From NCBI GenBank assembly GCA_030704615.1, contig CM060733.1, forward strand, positions 48,608,001-48,672,000: 64,000 nt of DNA. Reading direction: 5' to 3'. The DNA is from Takakia lepidozioides. Lineage: Eukaryota; Plantae; Bryophyta. The position numbers and the translations under genes were made by a program. The notes under the pieces are model-generated. The model had not been told where the DNA came from, made no database searches, and saw only the letters and a program-made list of their open reading frames with translations. How positions within the stretch are numbered: the stretch's first letter is position 1; each line of letters begins with the position of its first letter. Positions 37,301 through 49,609 of this stretch are shown here, piece after piece.

Positions 37301-39784
37301 ATCAAAGTCCATGACTGGTTCTCGCCCTTCCGGCTTCACATTATAACTGGTCACCTTGCTGTTCAGGTCTGTGTTTCCTGTCTCTTGGGCAATTCGATTG
37401 ATTGCCTGATACAGCCTGTGCCTACAATAAGGTGCCACAGCTAATAGCTGTCCAATGGTAATTTCTGCTTTGGTCTGACATATTACTTCAGCCAAAGTCT
37501 CTTCATTACTTTGCATGTCTGCATCTTTTTTCCTTTCTTCCTCACTCCCCTTTTTCTCCATCCGAATCAGAGGAATCTGCCACAGGAATATCAGTACTCT
37601 TTTGCATTTCCTTATAGTATCTGCCACTTCCTTGTGCAGTTCCTTCTCATCTTCCAAGTCTCTTCATCTTCAGGCATATCATTGCCACTTCCAGTCTCAT
37701 CTTCTTCCTCTTCTACTGGAGGTATTAGTTTGGCTTTACTTCTTGTTACTATCATTGTACTTACTTCTGGTACAACACATGGCCTAACCATGTGAGCTGC
37801 CACCACTGGGCCCTCATTCACAGGAGCTCTCATCTCATTCTGGTGTCTTATCCAGAATGAACAGGCTGCCTTGCGATGTCCTGGCTGATTACAATAGTAA
37901 ACATAGCTCTTCACCATTGGGTCCTCGCCCTTGGTCTGGTCTTGGATTATTTCTATAATCCTGATTCCCGGGCTGGTAATTCCCCTTGGATTACCCTGAT
38001 AGTTGCCTCTGGAATTTCCTTGGTAATTCCCTCTTGAATTACCTCTCCCTTCCATGCCATTGTTATAACCACCAGACCTACCATAGTGGTCCTGATCATT
38101 GCTTCTTCTTGGCTGGGGCTGCACCTGATGCACCTCACTTGCCTAGGTTCTCTTGCAGCTGTCCTTCTGTTGTAGTAACAATTCTCAGTAGAATGGTTAT
38201 CCATTTTACAGATAGTACAGTGTTTCTCCTTCATGTGGCATTCTGTAGTGGTATGGCCTTCATTCTGGCACTTTGCACACCATACACCCTTCCTCCAATG
38301 TGTTGCAGCCTCTGTGGCATACTTCTTCAAGATTCTTCCAATCTTTTTCATAGTTATCCCTCTTCAACTTTTCCTTTCTCTTACTCTTTCTTTTTAGTTC
38401 TTGCTCTTCTTCTTCATCTGACTCATCTTCAGAGTCCTCATCTTCCTTTTTCTCTCTCCTGAGCATTCCCAATTGCTCAATTCTGTTTGCAGTTTCAAAT
38501 GCCTCCTCCACTGTATTATGGGGTAACATATCCACTTTCTTCTGCAACTCTGGTCTTAGTCCACTCACAAACCAAGTCTTCTGTAAACCGGGTGCTGGTA
38601 CTGCAGCCAGCTTTTTCATCATCAATTCCATCTTCTCCATATACTCTTCAACAGTTTCATGCTTCTTCTGCTTCAGCTGTTGTAAACTTCCATACACTTC
38701 ATCCTCAGTTTTACTTGTCCTGAACCTATTCGAAATGCTGTATTCAAGCCATTCCAGGTTAGGAAATGATTATCAGGGAATTGCATACCATTCACTTGCT
38801 TTCTTGATAAGTGAACAAGGAAACAGTCTCATCTTGGCATCATCGCCATTCTCATTGTTCACTATACACATGTGCTCAAATTGGCTAATGTGTACATCGG
38901 GATCCCCTTTTCCTGAATATATTGGAAAGGGTGGTTTTGCCCGTGTTGGTTGTAACGCCATCTGTGGCCCTACCTTCTGCCCACTGACAGGTGCTGGCAC
39001 CCTTGCTGGTGCTGGTCCTTCTGGACCTGTTGTTTTTGTGGTGGATCTTCCACCAAGTGGTGGCCCTTGAGCACTCCTGCTTCTGGCCCCACGATATTCA
39101 CAGTATTCCCAGCTTCAGTTGCACTACTTCCCACACTCCCTGTCCCCCCAGAGCCAGATCCAGGCAGCCCGCCTGATCCCCCTGAGCCGACACCTTCGTT
39201 GGCCTGTGATCCAAGTGCTCCACTTGATCCAGGTCCAACGGGTTGGGATGTCCTGGTTGTAGTCTCAACCTCAGCTGTTGGGTCTACTTCTTCATATTCT
39301 TCCTCTTCCAATTTCTTCTCTCTGTTTTCATCCTCCAAGTTCTGCCCTTGGGTTTCTTCTTCACTCATGTAACTCAACTGTAATGGTGTTGGAGAGTCTG
39401 AACTCTCCGTTGGCTCTGCCACATCCTTCTCCTTCTTCATCTTCTGCTTCAGAAACTGGAGTTCCTGCTTTTGGTGTTCCATGCCAACTCTTATCAAAGA
39501 TTTCTGTCAAGTCTTTTATCCAAGGATGTACCTCAGATCTTTCACCTCGTGATTGATCTTCTTCCTGTACCAATTCCCTTAATCTTTCTTGCAAAGAAAC
39601 AGAAGGAGTGGCATCCAACTCTAGTTCTTCCGGTATAGGTGATGCACTTTTTGATCTTGATGGTGAGAGGTCCAGATGATTCCCCTATGTCTATTCCTCT
39701 CTCCCAAAGATATGGATAATTAGCTTTCAGATAGCTTTCTCTTTTTGAATATCTTTGTCGTCTAGCTTCTCTTTCATCACTCAT
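34317..39784 (-). pseudogene. gag-pol of family C (gag, zinc knuckles, protease, RT, integrase; RNase H missing)
   Basis: gag YSGKGDPDVH...LKQKKHETVEEY; CCHC knuckles; protease LIDGGSGVN; RT YKVMPFGLCNAPATF and VFLDDF; integrase HKGVAGGH...CDEC, WGLDFVG, WKGPY. Mostly broken by 1-bp frameshifts. Confidence 0.93.
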
Positions 39785-41950
39785 GTCCCATGTCTTTCAT
39801 TTCTTTTAATGTGGCAATAACCAAAACTCTCTTCTGTAATATCTCTCGTATATGCCTGGATTTCTTTCAAGCTTCAATGCACCCTTGGCTATACTTGAAG
39901 TCTCCGTTACCATATAACCATATGGCAAACAAGTCTGAAAAGCTGTTCTTGGTGTGAGTTTGATCCACAAAATATCCTTTGGAATCCAATTCTTTACCAG
40001 TACAAGCTCTTCATGCATATGAGTATAAACATTCACCTTTCTTTCTTCCCAACCTTCAAACTCTACTCGTTTAATGGATAGCAACGCTATCACATAAACT
40101 AATGTTGGTAACCAACGTGCTCTTCCTCTACAGGCTACCTGATAAATCTTTATCACTCCTTTCTCCAGACCCCATTCTGGATCAGCATCATGCACTCGTT
40201 TAAGATATTTTCTTTACATCCGTCTGGCAATTCCAAGAACCTTTGAAAGAATTGTTTGGACAATCTTTCTTCCTTCGTTCCACAGGGAATTTGATTCACT
40301 TCAAATTCTTTAATGGTCCAACACCATGATCCCACCAGATGCCTGTCACATCTGGTTGTTCATGTCCCAGGTCCCCAGTATGGTCGCCAAATGTCGCGCG
40401 GCTTTTACTCACCCATCCCTTCGCTATCCGAGGCGGAAACTCCAAGATAGAAGAGTTGGAAATCTCTAAGTACTCAGCCCGCGCAGAACAATCAGTCATG
40501 ACCTACAGCTAGTGTATCATGGGGGTGTTTCCTATTTGTTTCCTTTTCCGCATTCATCTTAGCTACCTTACCATTGATAATTAAGTATCAGTTTGCTTCA
40601 TCAATTTATCGGTTTCCTTCACTCTCCATTCAATCCACAGCTTCACTCAGATCTCTCTACACAGTGTGATTGTATCGTATAAGTATCAGATTATGATTTA
40701 TCAGGTATCAGGCCGAAGCCATTATGTCTCTAATCTGCTCTACAATATCACAGCTTTGCATATAACAAGCATCTACTAATCCTCTTTTCTCCTTCATCGT
40801 GCTCTCCGATCTCCGCTCCCGCTGTCTCCGAAGTCCTCCCCGAATAATGATCCCCTTCATTCCCCGTTCTTCCCTTTATCCTCCTATCCGCGGTTCTAAC
40901 CGTTTCCCTCTCTAACCGTCGTATGTGAACTAACATGTTCCCTTCACTGGTGTTGTTCCCCACAGTCGTTCCCTGTCCTACTCTTCGTTCCCTATTATCG
41001 TGACAGCTGTGTCAAGCGGTGACTGGCTGTGTTGGCTGTGTCGGGCTGTGACTGGCTGTGTGGCGGGCTGTGTCTGCTGTGACGACTGTGGGGCTGTGTG
41101 GGCTGTGTGGGCTGTGGACTGTGACGGGCTGTGTTGGCTGTGTGGGCTGATGTGTCGGCTGTGTGGGCTATGTAACCCCCCTCTACAGTGCGCTGCTGTC
41201 ACCCCTAAGGTTCCTGTTTGTCTCAGTCTGTGCAAAAATTAAGGGTACCCTACAGATCCCGTATAAGTGTCTAAGTCCCCTACAGTCCTCTAACAACATG
41301 CATTCACATCAAAATATGAGATAACACCCAGATGCTGGAACTTCACTGCCAAACACTCGTCGTTATGTTGTCTCAACGCCTTTTATGGATTTTTGGACTT
41401 GGGTTTTTTTCCCGCTAGCTTCCAACGCTCCGGTATTCTAGAATCGCCAACAATCCTACACTGACGGACCTTAGCATACCCTTCTTCTTTGTAATGGCCA
41501 ATCTCTACCACCTTCGCACTAGAGTTTAAGTAATAAAGATCAGTTGTGCCTCCCCCGCCCGATGACCCCGCCTTCCAAGCGACAACCCTAGTCCGGCGAT
41601 GTGAATTCTGACTTGCCGAGCAAGCCTAATACTCGACACGCCGCATTAACTCTGCTTCGGCGGAGGACACTCGACCCTTGGTTGTTCTACCCTTCCATGT
41701 CTTCATTAGCTGCCTTAAATTCCACGTGGCGTCTTTCGCCCTATTTTGGATCCACCGAATGAACTTCGACTTGTCCCTGTCCGCCGTCCATTTAACCCCC
41801 GCCAAAGCGTTCGTCATTTTCCTCTCCATATTTTGCTAGAGAATCAGAAACCCCTCCCATCCATGCCTGACATAAGCACTCTCCAGCCTCATCATGTCCC
41901 TACCCTTGAAATAATCCACCACCACTTCTTTCACCCTATCCAAGGCATCC

Positions 41951-44900
41951 TGTCGCGGCCCTTTGCCTTGAGGGCAGGGGGTCGGGACACATGAGGGGCT
42001 GCCCCTGTAGTGGGGGCATCGGCAGCGATAGGTATGGGGGGCTGAAGCACCCTTGAGTGCCCAAGGCACTCAAGGAGGCGGAGGCGCTCACTAGGTGGAG
42101 CCCCGCACACCGGGTTGCGGTGGGGGTGGCTCCACAAGGGGTGTGGTAGCTTAGCGGGACTTAGTGGGGGTGGCATAGGACTCACCATGGGGGCGGAGAC
42201 CTCGTGGTGGGAGTCGTGGGGAGCCTTGGGACTCATCAGGGTCCATAGGGACCGTGATGAGTGGGCCAAGACTCATCGCGACTCATCACCGGGAGTCGAG
42301 GGTTTTCGTGGTGGTTCGCCATAAATGGCATGGCTGGTTATGAAAAACCCCGCGGACAGCTACAGAAGTATATATTGGGAGTAGTAACCCCGAGAACGGT
42401 GCAAGCCCGTTGGTGACAAAAAACTAGTGAGTAAGCGAACGAGCCGGAAAGCGACCAAAGAGTGGGGAGCTGTTCCGGACTGCCATCTACCAAAGGGAAT
42501 TCCTAGTCCCAAATAGGTGGAGGGTTTAGAGGGAAGCGAAGGGGGACCGTTATGTCCCGGTGAGCAGCCGAAGCTCCAAGTTGGCTCGGGCGGCCAGGTT
42601 GGGAGTCAGGGCGCGCATCAAAAGAGTAACTATGACTTGAAGGGGAGCTTACCGAAGTGAGGTGCGCGACACTTGGTATCAGAGCTTAGAGTTCAGTACG
42701 CGATCGTCCTTGGGATTGGCCTCATCATGGGGTCGGGCAAGCCAAGCGAAAGCGGAACGGCCCAAAAGATGATGATCCTGGTGAGCCCGATGGGGGCGAC
42801 GTGTCACCGAGGCGGCCGTTTGAGGAAGCGATGAATGTTTCCAAAAACGAGGCCGCTCAAGAGTGGGAGGAATCCGAGGAGTCGGAGCCTGAGGAATCCT
42901 TGAGAGCTCCGACAAACCAAGAGATGCCTCCCATGCCGGCAGCCTTTTGGGAAGGGTTGTTGGCGCAGTTTGGCGGGACGTTGAAAGACGTGTTGAGGCG
43001 GGTAATGTCACTTCCACTAAGGCAAAGTTTAAGGTGAAGCCTAAGGCTATCTCTGATCCCTCCCTTTGGCACGTAGAGACATTTTTGCTTATATGGGAGC
43101 AGTCCATTTTGCAAGTGGAACTGCGCTTTAACCCCCATCCTCAAGTCCTGCATCACGGACTTTGCCAGCTCATCCTTCCGGCAAGCCTTCCGGATCTTCC
43201 TTTGGAGCGCCGTCTCGCCCTTGTACACCAACAAGAGATGCTGCTTTCTACTTAAAGCATCGGCCACCACGTTGTCTCGTCTCAGTTTGTACTGGATATC
43301 CACGTCGAACACCGCCAAAGTATCTTGCCACCTAAGTTGTTTTGGGGACAACTTGGGCTGCGTGGCAAAATACTTCACCGTGACATTGTCCGTGAACACC
43401 TTCACTGGGTTGAAACCAACATAGTGGCGCCAAAGCTCAAGGCAATGCACCACTGCCTTCATCTCTTTTTCGTGCGTAGGCCACCGTCGCTCCACTTCAT
43501 TCAGTTTCTTACTTTCGTAAGCCACTGGGCGTCCATCTTGCATAAGTACACCCCCAATCGCGAAGTCCGACACATCTGTATGAATCTCAAATGGACGATC
43601 GAACGGATTTTCAAGACTGGAGCTTCCGCCATCCGCTGCTTTAATTCAACAAAAGCTTGGCCACAAAATGTGTTCCATACCCAGACTTTGGATTTACACA
43701 GAAGGTCCGACAGCGGCCCCGCGATCTTGGCAAAATTTCTCACATACTTCCGGTAATAGGAGGCGAGTCCTAGGAAGGATTGCACTCCCGGGACCGAAGT
43801 CGGAGGCTCCCAGTCCAAGATCGCCCTCACCTTTCTGTCATCCATTTTGATCCCATCCTGTGTAATCACATGCCCCAAGAACTCCACTTTCGTGACCCCG
43901 AATTCGCACTTTGAAGCTTTGGCGTACAGCTTCCCTTCCCGCAACTTTTGGAACACCCTTTTGAGGTGCTCCAGGTGCTCCTCCTTTGTTTTCGAGTACA
44001 CCAAGATGTCGTCGATGTACACGATCACAAAGTCATCCAACCACTCCTGAAAAAGGTTGTTCATCAGCATGCTAAAGGTCGCCGGTGCATTGGTGAGCCC
44101 AAAAGGCATCACCAAGAACTCATATGAACCATACCTTGTCCTGCACGCGGTCTTCTCCTCATCTCCTTCCGCCACCCGAATTTGATGATAGCCGGAGCGC
44201 AAGTCGATCCGGCTGAAATACTTCGCTCCTGCCAACCGATCGAAGAGGTAGTCGATCCTTGGCAAAGGGTACCGGTTTTTATAGTCACCTTATTCAGAAA
44301 CCCTGTAATCGACACACATCCGCAGCGTCCCATCCTTCTTGTCTGCGAATAGCACCGGGGCTCCGTAAGGTGACTTACTCGGCCGGATGTACCCCTTTGA
44401 CATTAGATCCTTGAGCTGAGTCTTCAGCTCGACCAACTCTCTGTGGCTCAACCGGTAGGGCGCCTTGGCAGGCGGTTCGGATCCCGGTATCACCTCAATC
44501 TTGTGGTCAACTCCTCTTCGCGGTGGCAAGCCGTTTGGTAAATCCTCCGGCATCACATCCTGGTATTTCTCCAAAATCCCCTTGATCCAATCTGGGCTCA
44601 GCTCCCCATCGCCTTCCCCTTCACTTCTCTAATGTAAAGCAAAAACTGGGGTTCGTGTGCCTCCTCCACGGCCCACTCCCTTGCTGACAGAAGGTTTATT
44701 CGCCCTCCCACGGATTTGGGCGTTTCCGACACTCGTAAGACCTCGCCACCATTCCCACATGGCAGCGTGACTACTCTCTTGCGGCCATCTATGACCGCTC
44801 CGGATTTACTCAGAAAGGTCATCCCCAAAATGAGATCTACTCCATCGATCTCGCAGATGGTGAAGTTCTCACGTCCCTCCCAACTCCCCAGTTGAAGAGG

Positions 44901-47900
44901 AACATTAAACGCCAACCTTGTCGCCAACTCTGGTTCTCCTTTGGCAGAACGCACCTCAATAGAGGCCCCACGTCACTTGTCGGGAGTCCCAGCTTTTGTG
45001 CCGCCGCCGGTGTCATGAAGGAGTGCGACGCTCTTGTGTCCACCAACAACGACACATTAGTTCCGGATATTATCCCATCCACGAACAATAACTGACTCCC
45101 TTTACGCGGGCGCCAGTTTCCTGATACAACTCACAAGAATAGTTGCCTACCTTGCAAGTCCTGGCGACCACCGCTTCCACCAAGCGACTGATGGTATCTT
45201 CCGACAGCTCCGTGGTTGCCCGAGTCATGTTCAATTGCCGGGGCTTCGTGCACTTCTTGGCCATGTGCCCGGGCTCCCCGCAATTGAAACACACCATCAA
45301 AGGTCACTTTCTGTCCGCCATAAGCCGCTCCACCCGCTTTTCCTTTCGAAGCACCGGGTGCCGCCTTGACGTGTGAAGGCCCTCCCTTCGATTTCCACGT
45401 GCCATTATCGCCGCGTGGCCTATCCCACTTCTTTTCCGGTCGGAATGAGTCACCTTCCCGCGGGTCTTCTTGTGGTTCAGCTCCGTACGGCCTTGTCTCT
45501 TACCCCTAGGGACATCCGAGAAACATTCAGCCCTCTCAATTGCCTCGTTCAAAGTCTTGGGTGGCTCCTCCTCCAACTTCCGCCTGGCCCATGGGGCCAG
45601 TCCCGCCACAAAGTTGAAGACCATTTCTGGTTCTGCCATGTCCGCGACTTCGAGCAACAGCACATTGAAAGCCTGGACATACCCCCGAATGTCATCTGTT
45701 TGCTTCAAATTCCTCATCTTGTCTCGGGCAAGCCAGGACGCGTTGAGGGGCACAAACTGTCTCTTCATCAATTCTTTGAACCCACTCCACTTCAAGGTTT
45801 CCGGGCTTGGGCCTCGGTCGTGAAGGCGTTTTTGCCACCATTGTTGAGCATAGCCCCTCAAATAGGTGGGAGCCACTTCCACCCGATCCTCGTCACTCAA
45901 CTTGGCCGCCCGGAAGTACTGCTCTAGCTCCAGGAGCCAGGTGTTGAGTGCCTTCCGATTTCGAACGCCCTCGAAGGTGCCGGGTTCGGGAAAGCGTCTT
46001 GATGGATTTCATGACTGCTATGCCGCTGTCAAAAGGATTCGATGCAATCATGGTGGTGGTGGATAGGTTCAGTAAAATGGGCCATTTCATCCCCACCAAG
46101 GAGACGGCAACGGCGCAGGAGACAGGGCGACTTTACTTCGCCCACGTCTTAAAGCATCATGGAGTCCCTAAGGATATTGTCTCGGATCGCGATCCAAAGT
46201 TTACGAGTAAATTTTGGAGGACACTTTGGAAGAAGATGGGGACGAGGCTCAAGATGAGCACCGCCTTCCGACCTACGACCGACGGCCAAACAGAAAAGGC
46301 GAATTCCGTAGTGAAGCAGATCTTACGGAATTACGTGTCGGCAGACCAAACAGACTGGGTGGAACACTTAGACGCGGCAGAGTTCTGTTATAATAACACA
46401 GAACACTCCGCAACGGGAGTTTCCCCTTTCGTATTGGTCTATGGAAAAGCACCTCTGGTGCCGACAAGTTGGGCCGCCCAGGACGTTGAGAAACCGGCAG
46501 TAGCGGCGGTACTAGAAGAACGCGAGCGTTTGTTGAAGCTCGCAAAGTACAACATTGCCAAAGCAGGAAACGGTATGAAAGGCAGGCGAATCGGAAGCGG
46601 AGGGAAGTGAAGTTTGAGGCAGGCACAGAGGTCTGGTTGAACATCAAGAATTTCCGACTACCTCCGGAAGTGAGTCCGAAGTTCATACCTCCGTATGCGG
46701 GACCCTTTCGCATTTGGAAGGTTATGAATGAGGATGTGTATGAATTGGAGCTGCCGGCAAACAGCAAGGTGCACCCAGTATTCCATGTCTCCCTTTTGAA
46801 GCCTTACTTCAAAGATGAAGCGCGTCCAAATCGGCATCAAGTGTTGCGTCCGCCACCTATGCTGTTGGATCATGAAAATGAACCTGAGTACAAGGTGGAG
46901 GCAATACTTAAGTCGAGGAGGTTCAAGAACCGAGAAACGGAGTATCTTGTCAAATGGAAGGGCTATCATCATGTGGAGGCATCTTGGGTGCGTGCCTCAG
47001 AAATGGGAAACGCATCCGAGGCGGTTGCAGCTTTCGAAGGGCGACCTCAAAAGCGGAAGAAACGTTGATGGGGACATCAACCTTGGAGCGTGGGGGAGGA
47101 AATGCATGCTTAGCCCGGCTTAGCTAGCTTAGGAATCCGATTACAAAAACTTGTATTGTACAAAAATTTGTTGTAAAGGAAATGGGTTCCAAATGTTGTG
47201 CGTCCTATTTTGTTTGGAATGGTGATGCATGGTATGGTTGGCTAGTGTGTAGAATGCATGCTAGCTTATAAAAGTGGGAGAGGTAAATTGGGTTAATCGT
47301 GTGTTTGCGTAGTGCCGAAATCGGGTGACCCCATCCAAGGGGCAAGGAAACTTGCGACTTCTTTGGAGTTCACGTGCTAGTGCGCACCTGGCGCGTGCGC
47401 GTACTATAACTGCGCTACCGAGGGGTTGCCTTGTAGTGCAGGCTAACGCGGAAGCTACGTAGTTCCGTTCACGTACTATAATCGTGTAGCCTCGGACGAA
47501 GTCGTAGTGCGGCTTCGGCGTGTTCCCGTACCTCAGGCCAGCATTCCAAGGCGGACCCAATTGTAGTGATTGGGGCGCACGGTTGGTTCAAGGTTATCTT
47601 CCTAGTCAAAGAGGGTTCCAGGGAACCCTTGCTCAAGGTGATGCCAAAAGCGCCATATGAGCGATCGCAAGCAATGTTGTTGCAGTAAGGCGATTCGATC
47701 CTCGGGGGAGGATCGTTCCTTGGCCTTGAAGTAGGCCAAGAAGAGTGCACTGGGAGGAGCTGGAGAGGCTCCACCCTTGGCCAGGACTTGGAGGAAGTCG
47801 GCCGAACTAGCTAGTGGAGAGTAGAGTCAAGTGTGGGGTTTGGTTCTTTGCCATGGACGCCATGGTGCGGAAACAAACTCCTTGATGTGGGACGCCACAA

Positions 47901-48693
47901 CTTGGATGTTCGTTTCTACAAAATGGACAAGTCGATGAGGACATCGACTCCCTGTTGGTAGGGGTGTGTGTCGCGGCCCTTTGCCTTGAGGGCAGGGGGT
48001 CGGGACACATGAGGGGCTGCCCCTGTAGTGGGGGCATCGGCAGCGATAGGTAGGGGGGCTGAAGCACCCTTGAGTGCCCAAGGCACTCAAGGAGGCGGAG
48101 GCGCTCACTAGGTGGAGCCCCGCACACCGGGTTGCGGTGGGGGTGGCTCCACAAGGGGTGGTGGTAGCTTAGCGGGACTTAGTGGGGGTGGCATAGGACT
48201 CACCATGGGGGCGGAGACCTCGTGGTGGGAGTCGTGGGGAGCCTTGGGACTCATCAGGGTCCATAGGGACCGTGATGAGTGGGCCAAGACTCACCGCGAC
48301 TCATCACCGGGAGTCGAGGGTTTTCGTGGTGGTTCGCCATAAAATGGCATGGCTGGTTATGAAACCCCCGCGGACAGCTACAGAAGTATATATAGGGAGT
48401 AGTAACCCCGAGAACGGTGCAAGCCCGTTGGTGACCAAAAACTAGTGAGTAAGCGAACGAGCCGGAAAGCGACCAAAGAGTGGGGAGCTGTTCCGGACTG
48501 CCATCTACCAAAGGGAATTCTCCTAGTCCCAAATAGGTGGAGGGTTTAGAGGGAAGCGAAGGGGGACCGTTATGTCCCGGTGAGCAGCCGAAGCTCCAAG
48601 TTGGCTCGGGCGGCCAGGTTGGGAGTCAGGCGCGCGCATCAAAGCGAGTAACTATGACTTGAAGGGGAGCTTACCGAAGTGAGGTGCGCGACA
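41951..48693 (+). mobile_element. Chromoviral Gypsy family B, full-length, with internal inversion
   Basis: LTRs 41951-42671 and 47969-48693; TSD CATCC; PBS TGGTATCAGAGC 42674-42685; integrase-chromodomain on + (45996-47068) but gag, protease, RT (VYIDD) and RNase H on - (43041-45990). Confidence 0.97.
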
Positions 48694-49399
48694 CATCCGG
48701 TCCCGGGTAGTCTGGCTTGTTGACATGGCTATCCCGCTCGTGGGCACATTTTCTCTTCCTCCGACCCCCAGACGACCCCGCCCCAGAACATGAATTCACA
48801 ACCCCCGACATTGTATAAACCTTTGCCCTCTACATGTGATAAAACCTTAGAAAACGGCATGGACGCGTGTGGATGGTGTGATCTTCGTAGTTTCTACAAA
48901 AAAAACTTGCCGCTGGAGATCCAAAAACGGCAAAATGGTGATACGATGATTGGACCGTGAACAAGGGTGTGGGACTAACCAATACAAAACCGACAAACAA
49001 AACCTCTCTCTCCCCCCCCCAAAAAAAAAAATAATCACCTTTGCACCTCCCGTTGGCAGTGCCAAGCAACGAAGTCCGAAAGGACTACAGGATGCCAAGG
49101 AACCGCACCACGAGAGCGGCAAAAGTGATCAGAAAAAGAGGGGGGAATGGTTTATATAGGTGCCCATAAGCCCTCCCCCCGCCCCAAAATGACATTATGC
49201 GTGAAAAGGCGCGACGGCCAGTGGCACCTCGCCACACGCACCGACATGGGAGGTCAAGGGTTCAAAACCACCTCCCCCCCCCCCCCCCCTCCCATTTGTT
49301 TCATTTTTCCTGACCCGTGGCACCTCGCCACGTGGCTGGCCAGGCGCCGTCTCATGATATATATATTTTTTAAACCCGCCACACGGCGGGTCCCTGGAT

Positions 49400-49490
49400 T
49401 TCCAAAAAAATAAAAAACACGCGACCGTCGCATGGCGGTCGCTATATTTGTAAAAAGAAGAAGAGCGACCGCCACATGGCGGTCGTTGTA
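49400..49490. repeat. Two GC-rich palindromes GCGACCG(T/C)C(G/A)CATGGCGGTCG upstream of the kinase
   Basis: Copies at ~49421-49442 and ~49464-49484; resemble subterminal repeats of DNA transposons. Confidence 0.6.
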
Positions 49491-49609
49491 TTTTTTCAAA
49501 ATATATTAATAATTGGTTTCAGAAATCATCAATAATTCTTTATTATTCAACAGTGAAGAACGAAAACAGAGACATCGTTGGCGTTTAAATGTACTGTCAT
49601 ATATGTCTG

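Larger units (their letters stand above)
28590..41295 (-). mobile_element. Full-length non-chromoviral Gypsy (Athila/Tat-like, family C), 12.7 kb
   Basis: LTRs 28590-29599 and 40392-41295; TSD ACATG; PBS TGGCGACCATACTGGGGA (tRNA-Arg-like) next to the 5' LTR; PPT GAGGGGGGAAGGGGTAA at ~29600-29616. Confidence 0.97.
27890..48800 (-). pseudogene. Protein kinase gene split by two Gypsy insertions (pieces ~48694-48800, 41296-41950, 27890-28589)
   Basis: EEGYAKVRQC...LAGKKPK (41400-41490), HNDLSPDNILL and VCDWGLA (28231-28440), and C-lobe ORF 27890-28189. Frames join across TSDs CATCC (PDYPGP|DALDRV) and ACATG (DVNA|CEVECYTCWWNGG). Confidence 0.85.
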
